Below, one piece after another: positions 17,175 through 26,448 of a stretch of DNA of 64,000 nucleotides. This DNA is from Lachnospiraceae bacterium (GTDB lineage Bacteria; Bacillota; Clostridia; Lachnospirales; Lachnospiraceae), in contig JAFRYA010000012.1 of the NCBI GenBank assembly GCA_017441295.1, positions 13,714 to 77,713 on the forward strand, given 5' to 3'. Each line of letters opens with the position of its first letter. Positions within the stretch are counted from its first letter, which is position 1. The notes under the pieces are model-generated. The model did not search any database. It saw only the letters and a program-made list of their open reading frames with translations, and was not told where the DNA came from. Both the position numbers and the translations under genes were made by a program.

Positions 17175-19329
17175 TTTAGAGAAAAAAATTAAAGCCAAAA
17201 TTCCTGGAGAAGACACAGGAATCGAAGTAAAGCACGCCATGTGCTCCATCTGCAGTCCCGGTATGCATTGCGGTGTGGACTGCTACGTAAAGGACGGCCG
17301 GATCATAAAAGTTGAAGGTATGGAATCCCATCCCTGGAGCAAAGGCAAAATCTGCGTAAAAGGCCAGTCAGGCCGTGATTATGTCTACAGGGAAGACAGG
17401 ATCAAAACCCCTCTTAAGCGCGTTGGCGCAAGAGGTGAAGGCAAGTTCGAGCCTATCAGCTGGGACGAAGCCATCGCTATGATCGCGGAAAACCTTAATA
17501 AAGTCAAAGCCGAGTACGGCCCTGAAAGCGTTATGTTCCTGTCAGGCTACTGCAAATGGTACAGACCATGGCTACACAGGATGGCACATGTTTTCGGCAC
17601 ACCGAACTTCGGAACCGATGACTGCAACTGCTCTGCCGCAATGGTTGTTGCCAACAAGTGCACATCAGGCACAGGCGGCGGCGCAGACTTCGGAAAATGC
17701 AATACATTCTTTGGCTGGAACTACGACGGTTATTATTCAAACCACATGAACGTAGCTTCTGTTAAAGGAGTAAAGAAAAGGGGCGGCAAGGTGATCATTA
17801 TTGACATCCGCGAAACCCCTGCAGTAAAGAACCTCGCAGATATCTTCGTTCAGATCAATCCCGGAACTGATGGTGCCCTGGCACTCGGAATGGCCAACGA
17901 GATCATAAAGAACGGTTGGGAAGACAAAGAATATGTTGAGAAATATACTCACGGTTTCGCGCAGTATAAGGCTCTCTGCGCTGAATATGACCTGGACAAG
18001 GTTGAAGCCATTACAGGCGTTTCAAAAGACATGATCAAAGAGCTCGCAAGACTCTACGCCTGCGAAGGCCCTACAGCCTGCAACTACTCTGCTTCAGCGC
18101 TCGTTCATCATATTAACGGCTTTAACGCTCACAGGGCTGTTCTCTGCCTCTCAGCGTTAACCGGCAATTTTGACAGGGCCGGCGGACAGGTTCCGGTACC
18201 TGTCACTTACCTTCACAAGAGCGCAGGCTTCAGTACCAGAGAAGCTGAATTCCGTTCAAGCGCGGATCCAAGAAAGACCAATCCGGACTGCAAGAGGATC
18301 CTGGGTGCAGACAGATTCCCGTTATGGGAAGAAAAGTTTGATGAGACCCAGACAATGGACCTGCTGCACCAGCTCACCACGGATGAGCCTTATCCGATCA
18401 GAGCCATTTACGCTCACGGCATGAATGTCAAGATGTATCCGGAGAGCGACAATCTGGCCAGGGCAATGGCTGAGAAACTGGACTTCTTCGTTCTCACCGA
18501 TCTCTTCATGACATATACGGCCAAGTGGGCTGACCTCGTGCTGCCTGCATGCTCCAGTTTCGAAAGATCAGAGATCAAATGCTACGCCGGCGGATACGCT
18601 GTGTTTACAGAACCTGTCATCCAGCCTCTGTATGAGTCCAGATCAGACGTTGATATCATTTACGATGTTTACCATGCGCTGGGCCTCAAAGACGAATTAA
18701 TGGACCTCGGATATGAGGGTTCGATAGATTGGATGTTTGACGGCTGCGGAACATGCGTTTCTGAGCTCAAAAATGGCCATAATATGCCTCTTAAGGTTCC
18801 GAATGCAAAATGGCCCGTTGCTCCGGGAAAACAGCTGGAAAACGGATTTAAGACGCCTACAGGCAAGTTCGAATTCTATTCAGAGTCAATTGCCAAGGTT
18901 GATAAGAAGTACGGCCTCGATCCGCTGCCTGTATACTACGATTCCCTGGCTGACGAGCCGGATCCTGAAGGCAGATATCCATATTACCTCTGCACCGGCG
19001 CCAGATTGTCTATCTCACTTCACAGCAGGGTCCATGAGGTACCATACCTCAGGCAGCTGAGAAAGCATCCTATGTGTGAAGTCAACATGGAAGACATGAA
19101 GGCTCTCGGCCTCAAAGACGGCGACGACGTGGTGCTTTACAGCCCTCATGGCGAGATCACCGTCAAAGTACACGGCACATTTAAGATCAAACCGGGTGTG
19201 ATACTCATGCTCCACGGATATACAGAAGCAAATGTCAACCTGCTCGAAGGCAGAGACCATCTGGATCCGTATTCAGGATATCCGGGACACAAGGGAATGC
19301 GCTGCAACATTCGCAAGGAGGTGAAATAA
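17167..19329 (+). CDS. Molybdopterin (bis-MGD) oxidoreductase catalytic subunit, DMSO-reductase superfamily, no Tat signal
   Basis: N-terminal 4Fe-4S motif CSICSPGMHCGVDC...IKVEG. 720 aa, uninterrupted (no in-frame TGA). TTG start is preceded by GGGAGGA and overlaps the upstream gene by 8 nt. Confidence 0.85.
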   Translation: MTDLEKKIKAKIPGEDTGIEVKHAMCSICSPGMHCGVDCYVKDGRIIKVEGMESHPWSKGKICVKGQSGRDYVYREDRIKTPLKRVGARGEGKFEPISWDEAIAMIAENLNKVKAEYGPESVMFLSGYCKWYRPWLHRMAHVFGTPNFGTDDCNCSAAMVVANKCTSGTGGGADFGKCNTFFGWNYDGYYSNHMNVASVKGVKKRGGKVIIIDIRETPAVKNLADIFVQINPGTDGALALGMANEIIKNGWEDKEYVEKYTHGFAQYKALCAEYDLDKVEAITGVSKDMIKELARLYACEGPTACNYSASALVHHINGFNAHRAVLCLSALTGNFDRAGGQVPVPVTYLHKSAGFSTREAEFRSSADPRKTNPDCKRILGADRFPLWEEKFDETQTMDLLHQLTTDEPYPIRAIYAHGMNVKMYPESDNLARAMAEKLDFFVLTDLFMTYTAKWADLVLPACSSFERSEIKCYAGGYAVFTEPVIQPLYESRSDVDIIYDVYHALGLKDELMDLGYEGSIDWMFDGCGTCVSELKNGHNMPLKVPNAKWPVAPGKQLENGFKTPTGKFEFYSESIAKVDKKYGLDPLPVYYDSLADEPDPEGRYPYYLCTGARLSISLHSRVHEVPYLRQLRKHPMCEVNMEDMKALGLKDGDDVVLYSPHGEITVKVHGTFKIKPGVILMLHGYTEANVNLLEGRDHLDPYSGYPGHKGMRCNIRKEVK

Positions 19330-19847
19330 TGAAAAAGGTATTTACTTTTGATCAGGACCAGTGCTGTGCCTGTGGATGCTGCGTTGTGGCATGCACAGAC
19401 CAGAACGACATAGATTTAAGATGCGGAGACATTCCGTTCAGAAAGACTTTCGATGACGAATTTGCCACAGCAGACGGCCACTACAGCGCATACATTTCAG
19501 CTGCATGCATGCACTGCGTTGACGCTCCGTGCATCACTGCATGCCCTGTTGGCTGCATTTCCAAGGATCCTGAAACAGGATTCACCATCTACGACAATAC
19601 CAACTGCATCGGCTGCAAGTCCTGCGCAATGGCCTGCCCGTTCGGCGCGCCGAGATACAGACACTCAGACGGCAAGATGGTAAAATGCGACGGATGCAAC
19701 GAAAGAGTCAAAGCCGGCCTCAGACCGGCATGCGTCAAGGCATGTCCGTTTGGAGCCCTGGATTGTGTGGATGAAGAAGAATATCTCGCTTCAGGCTCAA
19801 ACAAAGCATGCAATGTGCTGATCCACAATCTTGATTTAAGATTCTGA
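19329..19847 (+). CDS. 4Fe-4S dicluster ferredoxin-type electron-transfer subunit (DmsB-like)
   Basis: Four Cys clusters: CCACGCCVVAC, CMHCVDAPCITACP, CIGCKSCAMACP, CDGC...CVKACP. TAATG overlap with the catalytic subunit. Confidence 0.87.
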   Translation: MKKVFTFDQDQCCACGCCVVACTDQNDIDLRCGDIPFRKTFDDEFATADGHYSAYISAACMHCVDAPCITACPVGCISKDPETGFTIYDNTNCIGCKSCAMACPFGAPRYRHSDGKMVKCDGCNERVKAGLRPACVKACPFGALDCVDEEEYLASGSNKACNVLIHNLDLRF

Positions 19848-19863
19848 TCCGCAGTTGATTACG

Positions 19864-19888
19864 GCCCTCCCTTCGGGGAGGGCTTTTT
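19864..19888 (+). terminator. Rho-independent terminator of the + strand cluster
   Basis: gccctccc/ttcg/gggagggc followed by TTTTT. Confidence 0.85.
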
Positions 19889-19940
19889 ATTTGTTCCTCC
19901 TGACCGGACACATGTGCTATACTCTTTTCAGGAGGACGCA

Positions 19941-20711
19941 ATGCTTATCAAAGATATAAATGATCCTGTATTGACAGTTTATAAAGATCTGAAGGAATCT
20001 CAACTGAAGCATTATTACGAGCCTGAGGCAGGCCTTTTCATCTGCGAAAGCCCGAGGCTGATAAAGAGGGCTCTGGATGCGGGCTATCTGCCTGAATCAT
20101 TCCTGGCAGACCCTGATGCACTGAGTGAAGATGACCTGAATCTTCTTAATGGAGCTCCGGTCTATACCGCGCCGGTTGAAATACTTACCACAATCACCGG
20201 CTACCATCTCACTGAGGGCATGCTCTGCGCAATGCGCAGAAAGCCCCTGCCCGCTCCTGAACAGGTGCTTACAGGCAGGCGCGTTGTGGTTCTCGAGGAC
20301 ATTGAAAACCCAACGAATGTTGGCGCTATCTTCCGCTCTGCAGCTGCTTTGGGAATGGACGCAGTCCTTTTGACAGAAGGATGCGCAGACCCGCTATACC
20401 GGCGCGCAGCCAGGGTCAGCATGGGCGGCGTATTTCAGATTCCATGGACCTATATCCCATCACTGGATATCTTGAAAGCATTGGGTTATAAAATGGCTTC
20501 CATGGCACTGTCTGACCATACAGTCTCCATAGACGATCCGTTGCTGATGGCAGAAGAACATCTTGCTATTCTGCTCGGAAATGAAAACAATGGTCTCCTC
20601 CCGGAAACCATTGCTGCGAGTGACTATATAATTAAGATTCCAATGGCGAATGATGTTGATTCGCTGAATGTGGCAGCTGCCGCCGCGATCGCATTCTGGC
20701 AGCTCAGATAA
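19941..20711 (+). CDS. TrmH/SpoU-family RNA 2'-O-methyltransferase
   Basis: NPTNVGAIFRSAAALG, LLGNENNGL, IPMANDVDSLNVAAAAAIAFW. ATG at 19941 follows AGGAGG. Confidence 0.85.
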   Translation: MLIKDINDPVLTVYKDLKESQLKHYYEPEAGLFICESPRLIKRALDAGYLPESFLADPDALSEDDLNLLNGAPVYTAPVEILTTITGYHLTEGMLCAMRRKPLPAPEQVLTGRRVVVLEDIENPTNVGAIFRSAAALGMDAVLLTEGCADPLYRRAARVSMGGVFQIPWTYIPSLDILKALGYKMASMALSDHTVSIDDPLLMAEEHLAILLGNENNGLLPETIAASDYIIKIPMANDVDSLNVAAAAAIAFWQLR

Positions 20712-20746
20712 AAAAGGATCCGCCCGAAAGCGGATCCATTTTTTAT
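20711..20746. terminator. Bidirectional intrinsic terminator
   Basis: aaaaa ggatccgc/ccgaaa/gcggatcc atttttt, lying between convergent genes. Confidence 0.8.
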
Positions 20747-21948
20747 TTCTCTTTCTTTACATCTTTGATAGTTAAGTTGATCACCAGTCCGATCAGTGAC
20801 AGGGCCATCAGGATGATGAACGGGATCAGGTATCCGCCTGTCTTCTCAGCGATGACACTGCACAGTGTAGCAATCAGGGATGCTACCAGCAGGTTGCAGG
20901 AGCAGATGCTGAGGTTTGTCGGGAAGTATTTGTCGCCAAAGAACATTCTGGTTGCAACAGCTGTACCGGTCGGGCATGTACCAAGTGTGGCACCTGACAG
21001 GCAGAGTGCAACGATACAGATCGGCAGTGACTGTGTAATAGGTGTAAGGATGCAGAATCCGGAAGCGATGATTGCCAGGATGCTGCTTATGATCATGGAT
21101 TTACGTCTGCCCAGGCTGTCGAAGAGGAATCCGATAATGATTCTGCTGAGTCCGTTGCAGACTGCGAACATACCAACCATTGTGGTCGCCAGTGAATCAG
21201 AGCCGCCTGCACCGATAGTCATATCCTTTGCAACGCTGGCAACAACATTGCCGACTGCTGTAAGGAATACCAGCAGAATGAAAACACGCCAGAAGACAGA
21301 AGTCTTGACCATTTCCTTAACAGTGTAATCCCTGGCTGCTGAGTTGGCTGCCTGCTTCTGAGGAACTGCAGGGATTTCTTCAGGCTTAGGAGCCCTGATA
21401 ATAAGGCCTGCAATGATCAGGATCACGCCGATAGCGATGCCGAGGATCATGAAGGTTGTTCTCCAACCGATAATTCCGAAAAGTGAATTGGAAACATTGC
21501 CGATAATAAGTGTGCTGGCGCCGAATCCCATCATAAGGATGCCTGAGCACAGTCCCTTCTTATCAGGGAACCATGCATTAATGGTGGAAACCAGTACATT
21601 GTACGCAATACCGATGCCAATGCCTGAAATTATTCCGTAGAAAATATAAAGTGCTGCAATAGCTGTTCCTGACAGTGCGAAAGAAGTTACTACGAATCCG
21701 CCGCCGCCGAGGATCGCCGCGATGATAACAGTCAGCGTAACGCCGAGCTTTTTGGATATCAGACTGCCGATGATACCGCCCACGCAGAAGAATACCATCG
21801 TAAGTGTGAAGTTAACAGTAAGCTGTGAATTGCTCCAGCCAAATTCCTGGCCGAGAGGCATTTTGAGTACGGACCATGTATAAATAACGCCTGCGAACAG
21901 CATGGCAATGGTTCCGACTACCAGATATACCCATCTTTTAGCTTTCAT
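20743..21948 (-). CDS. MFS transporter, oxalate/formate antiporter (OFA)-like
   Basis: 12-TM-like hydrophobic profile, 401 aa, N-terminus KRWVYLVVGTIAMLFAGVIYTWSV typical of OFA-family MFS proteins. Confidence 0.8.
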   Translation of the reverse strand: MKAKRWVYLVVGTIAMLFAGVIYTWSVLKMPLGQEFGWSNSQLTVNFTLTMVFFCVGGIIGSLISKKLGVTLTVIIAAILGGGGFVVTSFALSGTAIAALYIFYGIISGIGIGIAYNVLVSTINAWFPDKKGLCSGILMMGFGASTLIIGNVSNSLFGIIGWRTTFMILGIAIGVILIIAGLIIRAPKPEEIPAVPQKQAANSAARDYTVKEMVKTSVFWRVFILLVFLTAVGNVVASVAKDMTIGAGGSDSLATTMVGMFAVCNGLSRIIIGFLFDSLGRRKSMIISSILAIIASGFCILTPITQSLPICIVALCLSGATLGTCPTGTAVATRMFFGDKYFPTNLSICSCNLLVASLIATLCSVIAEKTGGYLIPFIILMALSLIGLVINLTIKDVKKEK

Positions 21949-22093
21949 TTTTTAAGTCTCCCCTTTTTGTATAATTCTCAACCATTATAAACAACTCCGC
22001 ATAAAAAAGTAAATGTGTATGGTTATTGATTTTTTGGTGTCTATATCAATTTTTTTTATACATTTTGCTTTGTTTTTCCCTCTTTAGGGCTAA

Positions 22094-22256
22094 GTTTAAT
22101 TCTGATTTTATAATTCGAGCTGTTTTACTACTGTGCTGCTCTTTTATTATACAGCTGAATATTCGACTAAACCGACGTGGAGAATATTCGGCTGTATAAT
22201 AAAAGAGCTGTTACACAGCAGTGCAACAGCTCTCATTAATAAAATCAGAATTAAAC
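22094..22256. repeat. 163-bp near-perfect palindrome with a conserved 19-nt apical loop (copy 1 of 2)
   Basis: Core: 22139-22163 pairs with 22183-22207 (25 bp, one T-G); loop CGACTAAACCGACGTGGAG at 22164-22182. Outer arms 22094-22110 and 22240-22256 are perfectly complementary (17/17). Confidence 0.7.
22196..22232 (-). terminator. rplQ intrinsic terminator, embedded in the right arm of the palindrome
   Basis: The minus strand reads GAGCTGTTgcac-tgct-gtgtAACAGCTC followed by TTTTATTAT. Confidence 0.6.
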
Positions 22257-22787
22257 AAGCTCGATAAGTACTTCCATTGCGCCATCACCTTTGCGTTGGC
22301 CAATCTTTACGATTCTTGTGTATCCGCCGTTACGGTTAACATACTTCGGAGCAACATTGTCGAACATATGTGCAACCATATCAACATCTTCAGTATTTCT
22401 CTTCCTGCCGGCTGCCTTCTCAGGAACCTTCTTTACAGGATAGAACACCTTCAGCATCTCTCTTCTTGCATGAAGACGGGATGGAGCATCTTTCTTGATC
22501 TTCTTGTCAACTTCGTCAAAAACTGTTACCTTCTTGCCGTCAACAACTTCTTTGATGCGCTTGCCGTCTTTGTCCTTACGGGCAACTTTAGCTTTAACAG
22601 TTACTTCTTCAAAATTATCTTTTTCCTTAACAGCAAGGGTGATAAGGTGCTCAGCTACTCTGCGGATCTCCTTAGCCTTTGCTTCTGTAGTTGTAATTTT
22701 GCCATTGTATAATAAAGCAGTAACCTGGTTACGGATCAAAGCCTTTCTCTGACTAGATGTTCTTGACAGTTTTCTATATCCGGCCAT
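22251..22787 (-). CDS. rplQ: 50S ribosomal protein L17 (long form, 178 aa)
   Basis: N-terminal GYRKLSRTSSQRKALIRNQ and C-terminal NGGYTRIVKIGQRKGDGAMEVLIELV. Lys-rich insertions lie between them. Confidence 0.92.
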   Translation of the reverse strand: MAGYRKLSRTSSQRKALIRNQVTALLYNGKITTTEAKAKEIRRVAEHLITLAVKEKDNFEEVTVKAKVARKDKDGKRIKEVVDGKKVTVFDEVDKKIKKDAPSRLHARREMLKVFYPVKKVPEKAAGRKRNTEDVDMVAHMFDNVAPKYVNRNGGYTRIVKIGQRKGDGAMEVLIELV

Positions 22788-22807
22788 AACCTATATGCCT
22801 CCTTTAA

Positions 22808-23770
22808 TTATTCTTCAATTGAGCTCTTAAGCTCTAATCCTAACTCCTTGAGTTTAGCCAGTACTTCGTCCAGGGACTTGCGTCCAAGGTTACGGACTTT
22901 CATCATTTCTTCAGGAGTTCTACTAATTAATTCCTCAACGGTATTGATTCCGGCTCTCTTAAGGCAATTGAATGAACGAACAGAAAGTTCAAGCTCATCA
23001 ATATTCATCTCGAGTACCTTTTCCTTGCCATCCGGCTCTTTCTCTACCATAACTTCTGCAGTTCTGGCATTCTCTGAAAGATTGATGAACAGGCTTAAGT
23101 GCTCGCTGAGTACCTTAGCCGCCAGGCTGATTGCTTCATCAGGACCGAGTGCTCCGTTGGTATATACTTCAACTGTCAGCTTGTCATAGTCAGTGATCTG
23201 ACCAACACGGGTATTTTCAACCTGGATATTTACACGCTCAACCGGTGTGTAAATAGAGTCGATCGGGATAACACCTACTGCAAGATTATCTGAAGTGTTC
23301 TTCTCAGAACTTACATAACCTCTGCCCTTAGTAATAATTAATTCCATGTAAAGCTTGCTGTCAGCGCCGCCGTCCAGTGTTGCGATAACAAGGTCTTTGT
23401 TGATGATCTCGATATCCTGGTCAACCTGGATGTCTGCTGCTGTAACAACGCCTTCACCTGCGAAATCGATGTAAGCAATCTTAGGCTCATCTGTCTGGCT
23501 GTTATTTCTGATAGCCAGCTCTTTAATATTCATAACGATCTCAGTAACGTCTTCCTTGACGCCCGGGATTGTTGTAAATTCATGCAATACTCCAGCGATC
23601 TTTATCTGGCTTACTGCTGCACCCGGTAAAGATGAGAGCATGATTCTTCTTAAAGAGTTTCCGAGAGTGGTTCCATAACCTCTTTCCAAAGGTTCTAATG
23701 TGAATCTGCCGTATTTCTTATCTTCTGAGATCTCAGCAACCTCAATCTTTGGTTTTTCGAATTCGAACAT
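22808..23770 (-). CDS. rpoA: DNA-directed RNA polymerase subunit alpha
   Basis: [30 protein letters not shown]; C-terminal-domain motif [15 protein letters not shown]. Confidence 0.97.
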   Translation of the reverse strand: MFEFEKPKIEVAEISEDKKYGRFTLEPLERGYGTTLGNSLRRIMLSSLPGAAVSQIKIAGVLHEFTTIPGVKEDVTEIVMNIKELAIRNNSQTDEPKIAYIDFAGEGVVTAADIQVDQDIEIINKDLVIATLDGGADSKLYMELIITKGRGYVSSEKNTSDNLAVGVIPIDSIYTPVERVNIQVENTRVGQITDYDKLTVEVYTNGALGPDEAISLAAKVLSEHLSLFINLSENARTAEVMVEKEPDGKEKVLEMNIDELELSVRSFNCLKRAGINTVEELISRTPEEMMKVRNLGRKSLDEVLAKLKELGLELKSSIEE

Positions 23771-23806
23771 GGGCCCTCCTTCTTAATAAAATCAGCTTAT
23801 GATATC

Positions 23807-24409
23807 TTACTTGGAGTACAACTCGACGATAAGCATCTCATCAACCGGTACATCAATTTCGCTTCTGTTAGGTAATTCTTTAACAACTACCTTGAAGTTC
23901 TCAAGATCTGCATCCAGCCAGCTTGGTACCAGTCTGCCAGCGGTAACTTCCGTGATCTGCTCGTATCTTGCTGATGCTCTGCATTTTTCTTTAACTTCGA
24001 TAACATCGCCGGCATTGCAAAGATATGACGGGATGTTAACATTCTTGCCGTTTACAAGAAGCTGCTTGTGGTCAACTATCTGACGAGCCTCTTTCCTGGT
24101 GCGGGCAAAGCCTGCGCGGAAAACGATGTTGTCCAGTCTTCTCTCCAGCAGAACCATCAGGTTCTCACCGGTCTGGCCTTTCATCTGTTTTGCCTTAAGA
24201 TAATAGTTATGGAAAGGTTTCTCCAGAACGCCGTAGATGAATTTAGCTTTCTGCTTTTCTCTCAGCTGAAGGCCGTACTCACTAAGCTTCTTGCCCTGGC
24301 GTCTGCCGTTAGCAGCGCCTCTTCTTGATTTCTTATCTATTCCTAAATAAATTGGATCTAATCCAAGTGATCTGCATCTTTTAAGAACAGGAACTCTATT
24401 AACTGCCAT
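23807..24409 (-). CDS. rpsD: 30S ribosomal protein S4
   Basis: Conserved S4 sequence and S4 RNA-binding domain; position in the alpha operon. Confidence 0.96.
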   Translation of the reverse strand: MAVNRVPVLKRCRSLGLDPIYLGIDKKSRRGAANGRRQGKKLSEYGLQLREKQKAKFIYGVLEKPFHNYYLKAKQMKGQTGENLMVLLERRLDNIVFRAGFARTRKEARQIVDHKQLLVNGKNVNIPSYLCNAGDVIEVKEKCRASARYEQITEVTAGRLVPSWLDADLENFKVVVKELPNRSEIDVPVDEMLIVELYSK

Positions 24410-24427
24410 TATTCTTGCACCTCCTAA

Positions 24428-24826
24428 TCAGACTCTTCTACGTTTTGGCGGACGACATCCGTTATGTGGAACAGGTGTCACGTCACTAATACTTGTTACC
24501 TGAAGTCCGTTAGCTGCTAATGCACGGATTGCTGCTTCCCTTCCTGAGCCCGGACCTTTTACAAATACGTCAACATACTTGAGTCCATGTACTAAAGCTG
24601 CCTTTGTTGCAGTTTCAGCTGCCATTTGAGCTGCATAAGGTGTAGATTTCCTTGAACCTCTAAAACCCAGACCACCAGCGCTTGCCCATGAAAGAGCGTT
24701 GCCTTCAGTATCAGTTAAGGTAACAATGGTGTTGTTAAATGATGACTGAATATGCGCCTGTCCTCGTTCAACGTTTTTCTTAACGCGCTTTTTTGTCACT
24801 TTTTTCGTAACTTTTTTTGCTGCCAT
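24428..24826 (-). CDS. rpsK: 30S ribosomal protein S11
   Basis: [18 protein letters not shown]...[13 protein letters not shown]. Confidence 0.97.
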   Translation of the reverse strand: MAAKKVTKKVTKKRVKKNVERGQAHIQSSFNNTIVTLTDTEGNALSWASAGGLGFRGSRKSTPYAAQMAAETATKAALVHGLKYVDVFVKGPGSGREAAIRALAANGLQVTSISDVTPVPHNGCRPPKRRRV

Positions 24827-24871
24827 TTTCTAAACTAACCTCCACTTATGGGTTCCCGTTACGGGTAAAAA

Positions 24872-25240
24872 TTATTTCTTCTTGTTTGCTACTGTTCTCT
24901 TAGGTCCCTTGCGTGTTCTGGAATTGTTCTTTGTATTCTGTCCACGAACAGGCAGGCCCTTACGATGACGGATGCCTCTGTAGCATCCAATCTCCTGAAG
25001 TCGCTTAATGTTCATAGCGACATCTCTTCTTAATTCACCTTCAACTGTGTAGTGCTCCTCAACAACGACGCTGATCTTTCTAACTTCTTCGTCGGTAAGG
25101 TCTCTAACTCTTGTATCTGGATTAACTCCGGCTGCTTCGAGTATCTTGCCAGCGCTTGTTCTGCCAATGCCGTAAATGTAAGTTAAGCCAATCTCGATAC
25201 GTTTGTCCTTTGGTAAATCAACTCCGGAAATACGAGCCAT
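24872..25240 (-). CDS. rpsM: 30S ribosomal protein S13
   Basis: [26 protein letters not shown]. Confidence 0.97.
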   Translation of the reverse strand: MARISGVDLPKDKRIEIGLTYIYGIGRTSAGKILEAAGVNPDTRVRDLTDEEVRKISVVVEEHYTVEGELRRDVAMNIKRLQEIGCYRGIRHRKGLPVRGQNTKNNSRTRKGPKRTVANKKK

Positions 25241-25272
25241 TTAATTCTACCTCCATTAAAATTCTGAGAATA

Positions 25273-25386
25273 TTAACCCTGAACCTGTTTATGTTTAGGG
25301 TTCTCACAAATGATTCTGATTTTACCTTTTCTTTTAATAACTTTGCACTTTTCACAAATCGGTTTAACTGATGCTCTAACCTTCAT
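25273..25386 (-). CDS. rpmJ: 50S ribosomal protein L36
   Basis: Hand translation gives [37 protein letters not shown] (37 aa, below the ORF-track cutoff). It lies between infA and rpsM as expected. Confidence 0.93.
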   Translation of the reverse strand: MKVRASVKPICEKCKVIKRKGKIRIICENPKHKQVQG

Positions 25387-25466
25387 GTCAAACTGCTCCT
25401 TTCAAAAAAAAGTCCGTCGTCCATAGTATCATAAATGCTTTCCCCTTGCAAGGAAAAACTTTTTAA

Positions 25467-25685
25467 TTATTTGTCTCTCCAAATAATCCTGCCCTTGGTC
25501 AAGTCATATGGAGACATTTCCAAGGTAACTTTATCACCGGGAAGTATCCTGATGTAGTTCATTCTGAGCTTGCCGCTGATGTGTGCCAGTACTACATGTC
25601 CATTTTCAAGTTCAACCTGGAACATGGCATTTGGGAGCTTCTCAACTACTTTGCCTTCGATTTCAATAACATCTGCCTTAGACAT
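25467..25685 (-). CDS. infA: Translation initiation factor IF-1
   Basis: [30 protein letters not shown]..., 72 aa. Confidence 0.97.
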   Translation of the reverse strand: MSKADVIEIEGKVVEKLPNAMFQVELENGHVVLAHISGKLRMNYIRILPGDKVTLEMSPYDLTKGRIIWRDK

Positions 25686-25694
25686 TCTTACCTC

Positions 25695-26447
25695 CTATAA
25701 TGAGAGAATTTCCGGTTCACCTTCTGTGATCAGAATGGTGTTCTCATAATGTGCTGAAAGTGTTCCGTCAGCTGTGGTGACGGTCCAGCCATCATCCGAA
25801 AAATCCACATCTGCCCTGCCAATGTTTATCATCGGCTCAATTGCCAGTGTCATTCCCGCGCACAGCAGGATTCCCTTTCTCTTCTGTGGGAAGTTCGGGA
25901 TCTGCGGCGGTTCATGCATTTCCCGGCCAATACCATGGCCTACCAAATCTCTGACCACTCCATATCCCCTGCTGATACAGTAATTACCGATCGCATTTGA
26001 GATATCAAAGAGGTGGTTTCCTGCGACAGCATATTTAATGCCTTCGAAGAAGCTTTCCTCTGTTACCTTGATAAGTGCCAGAGCTTCCTCTGATACCTGT
26101 CCGACAGCGTGGGTTCTGGCTGCGTCTGACTGGTATCCATTGTGGATCAGTCCTATATCAAGACTTACAATGTCGCCTTCCTTGATGATCCTGTCTGCTC
26201 TTGGGATTCCGTGCACTACCTCATCATTAATGGATACACACACCGATGCAGGATATCCCTCGTAGTTAAGGAATGAAGGAATAGAACCTGATTTCCTGAT
26301 TAGTTCTTCTCCCAGTCTGTCAAGATCCAAAGTCGAAATGCCCGGAGCGATTTCTTCACCTAAGCGGTTATGAACTTCCGCAAGCAGCTTGCCTGCATCC
26401 CTCATCAGCTCTATTTCTCTTTTGGATTTAATTGTTACTCCTGACAT
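25695..26447 (-). CDS. map: Type I methionine aminopeptidase
   Basis: Metal-ligand contexts DIVSLDIG, GHGIG, LAIEP; 250 aa. Confidence 0.95.
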   Translation of the reverse strand: MSGVTIKSKREIELMRDAGKLLAEVHNRLGEEIAPGISTLDLDRLGEELIRKSGSIPSFLNYEGYPASVCVSINDEVVHGIPRADRIIKEGDIVSLDIGLIHNGYQSDAARTHAVGQVSEEALALIKVTEESFFEGIKYAVAGNHLFDISNAIGNYCISRGYGVVRDLVGHGIGREMHEPPQIPNFPQKRKGILLCAGMTLAIEPMINIGRADVDFSDDGWTVTTADGTLSAHYENTILITEGEPEILSL

Positions 26448-26448
26448 A

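Noticed and set aside
17167-19329. Possible selenocysteine (TGA) recoding in the molybdoenzyme, as in formate dehydrogenases
   Set aside because: The reading frame is continuous with no in-frame TGA, and no SECIS-like context is needed.
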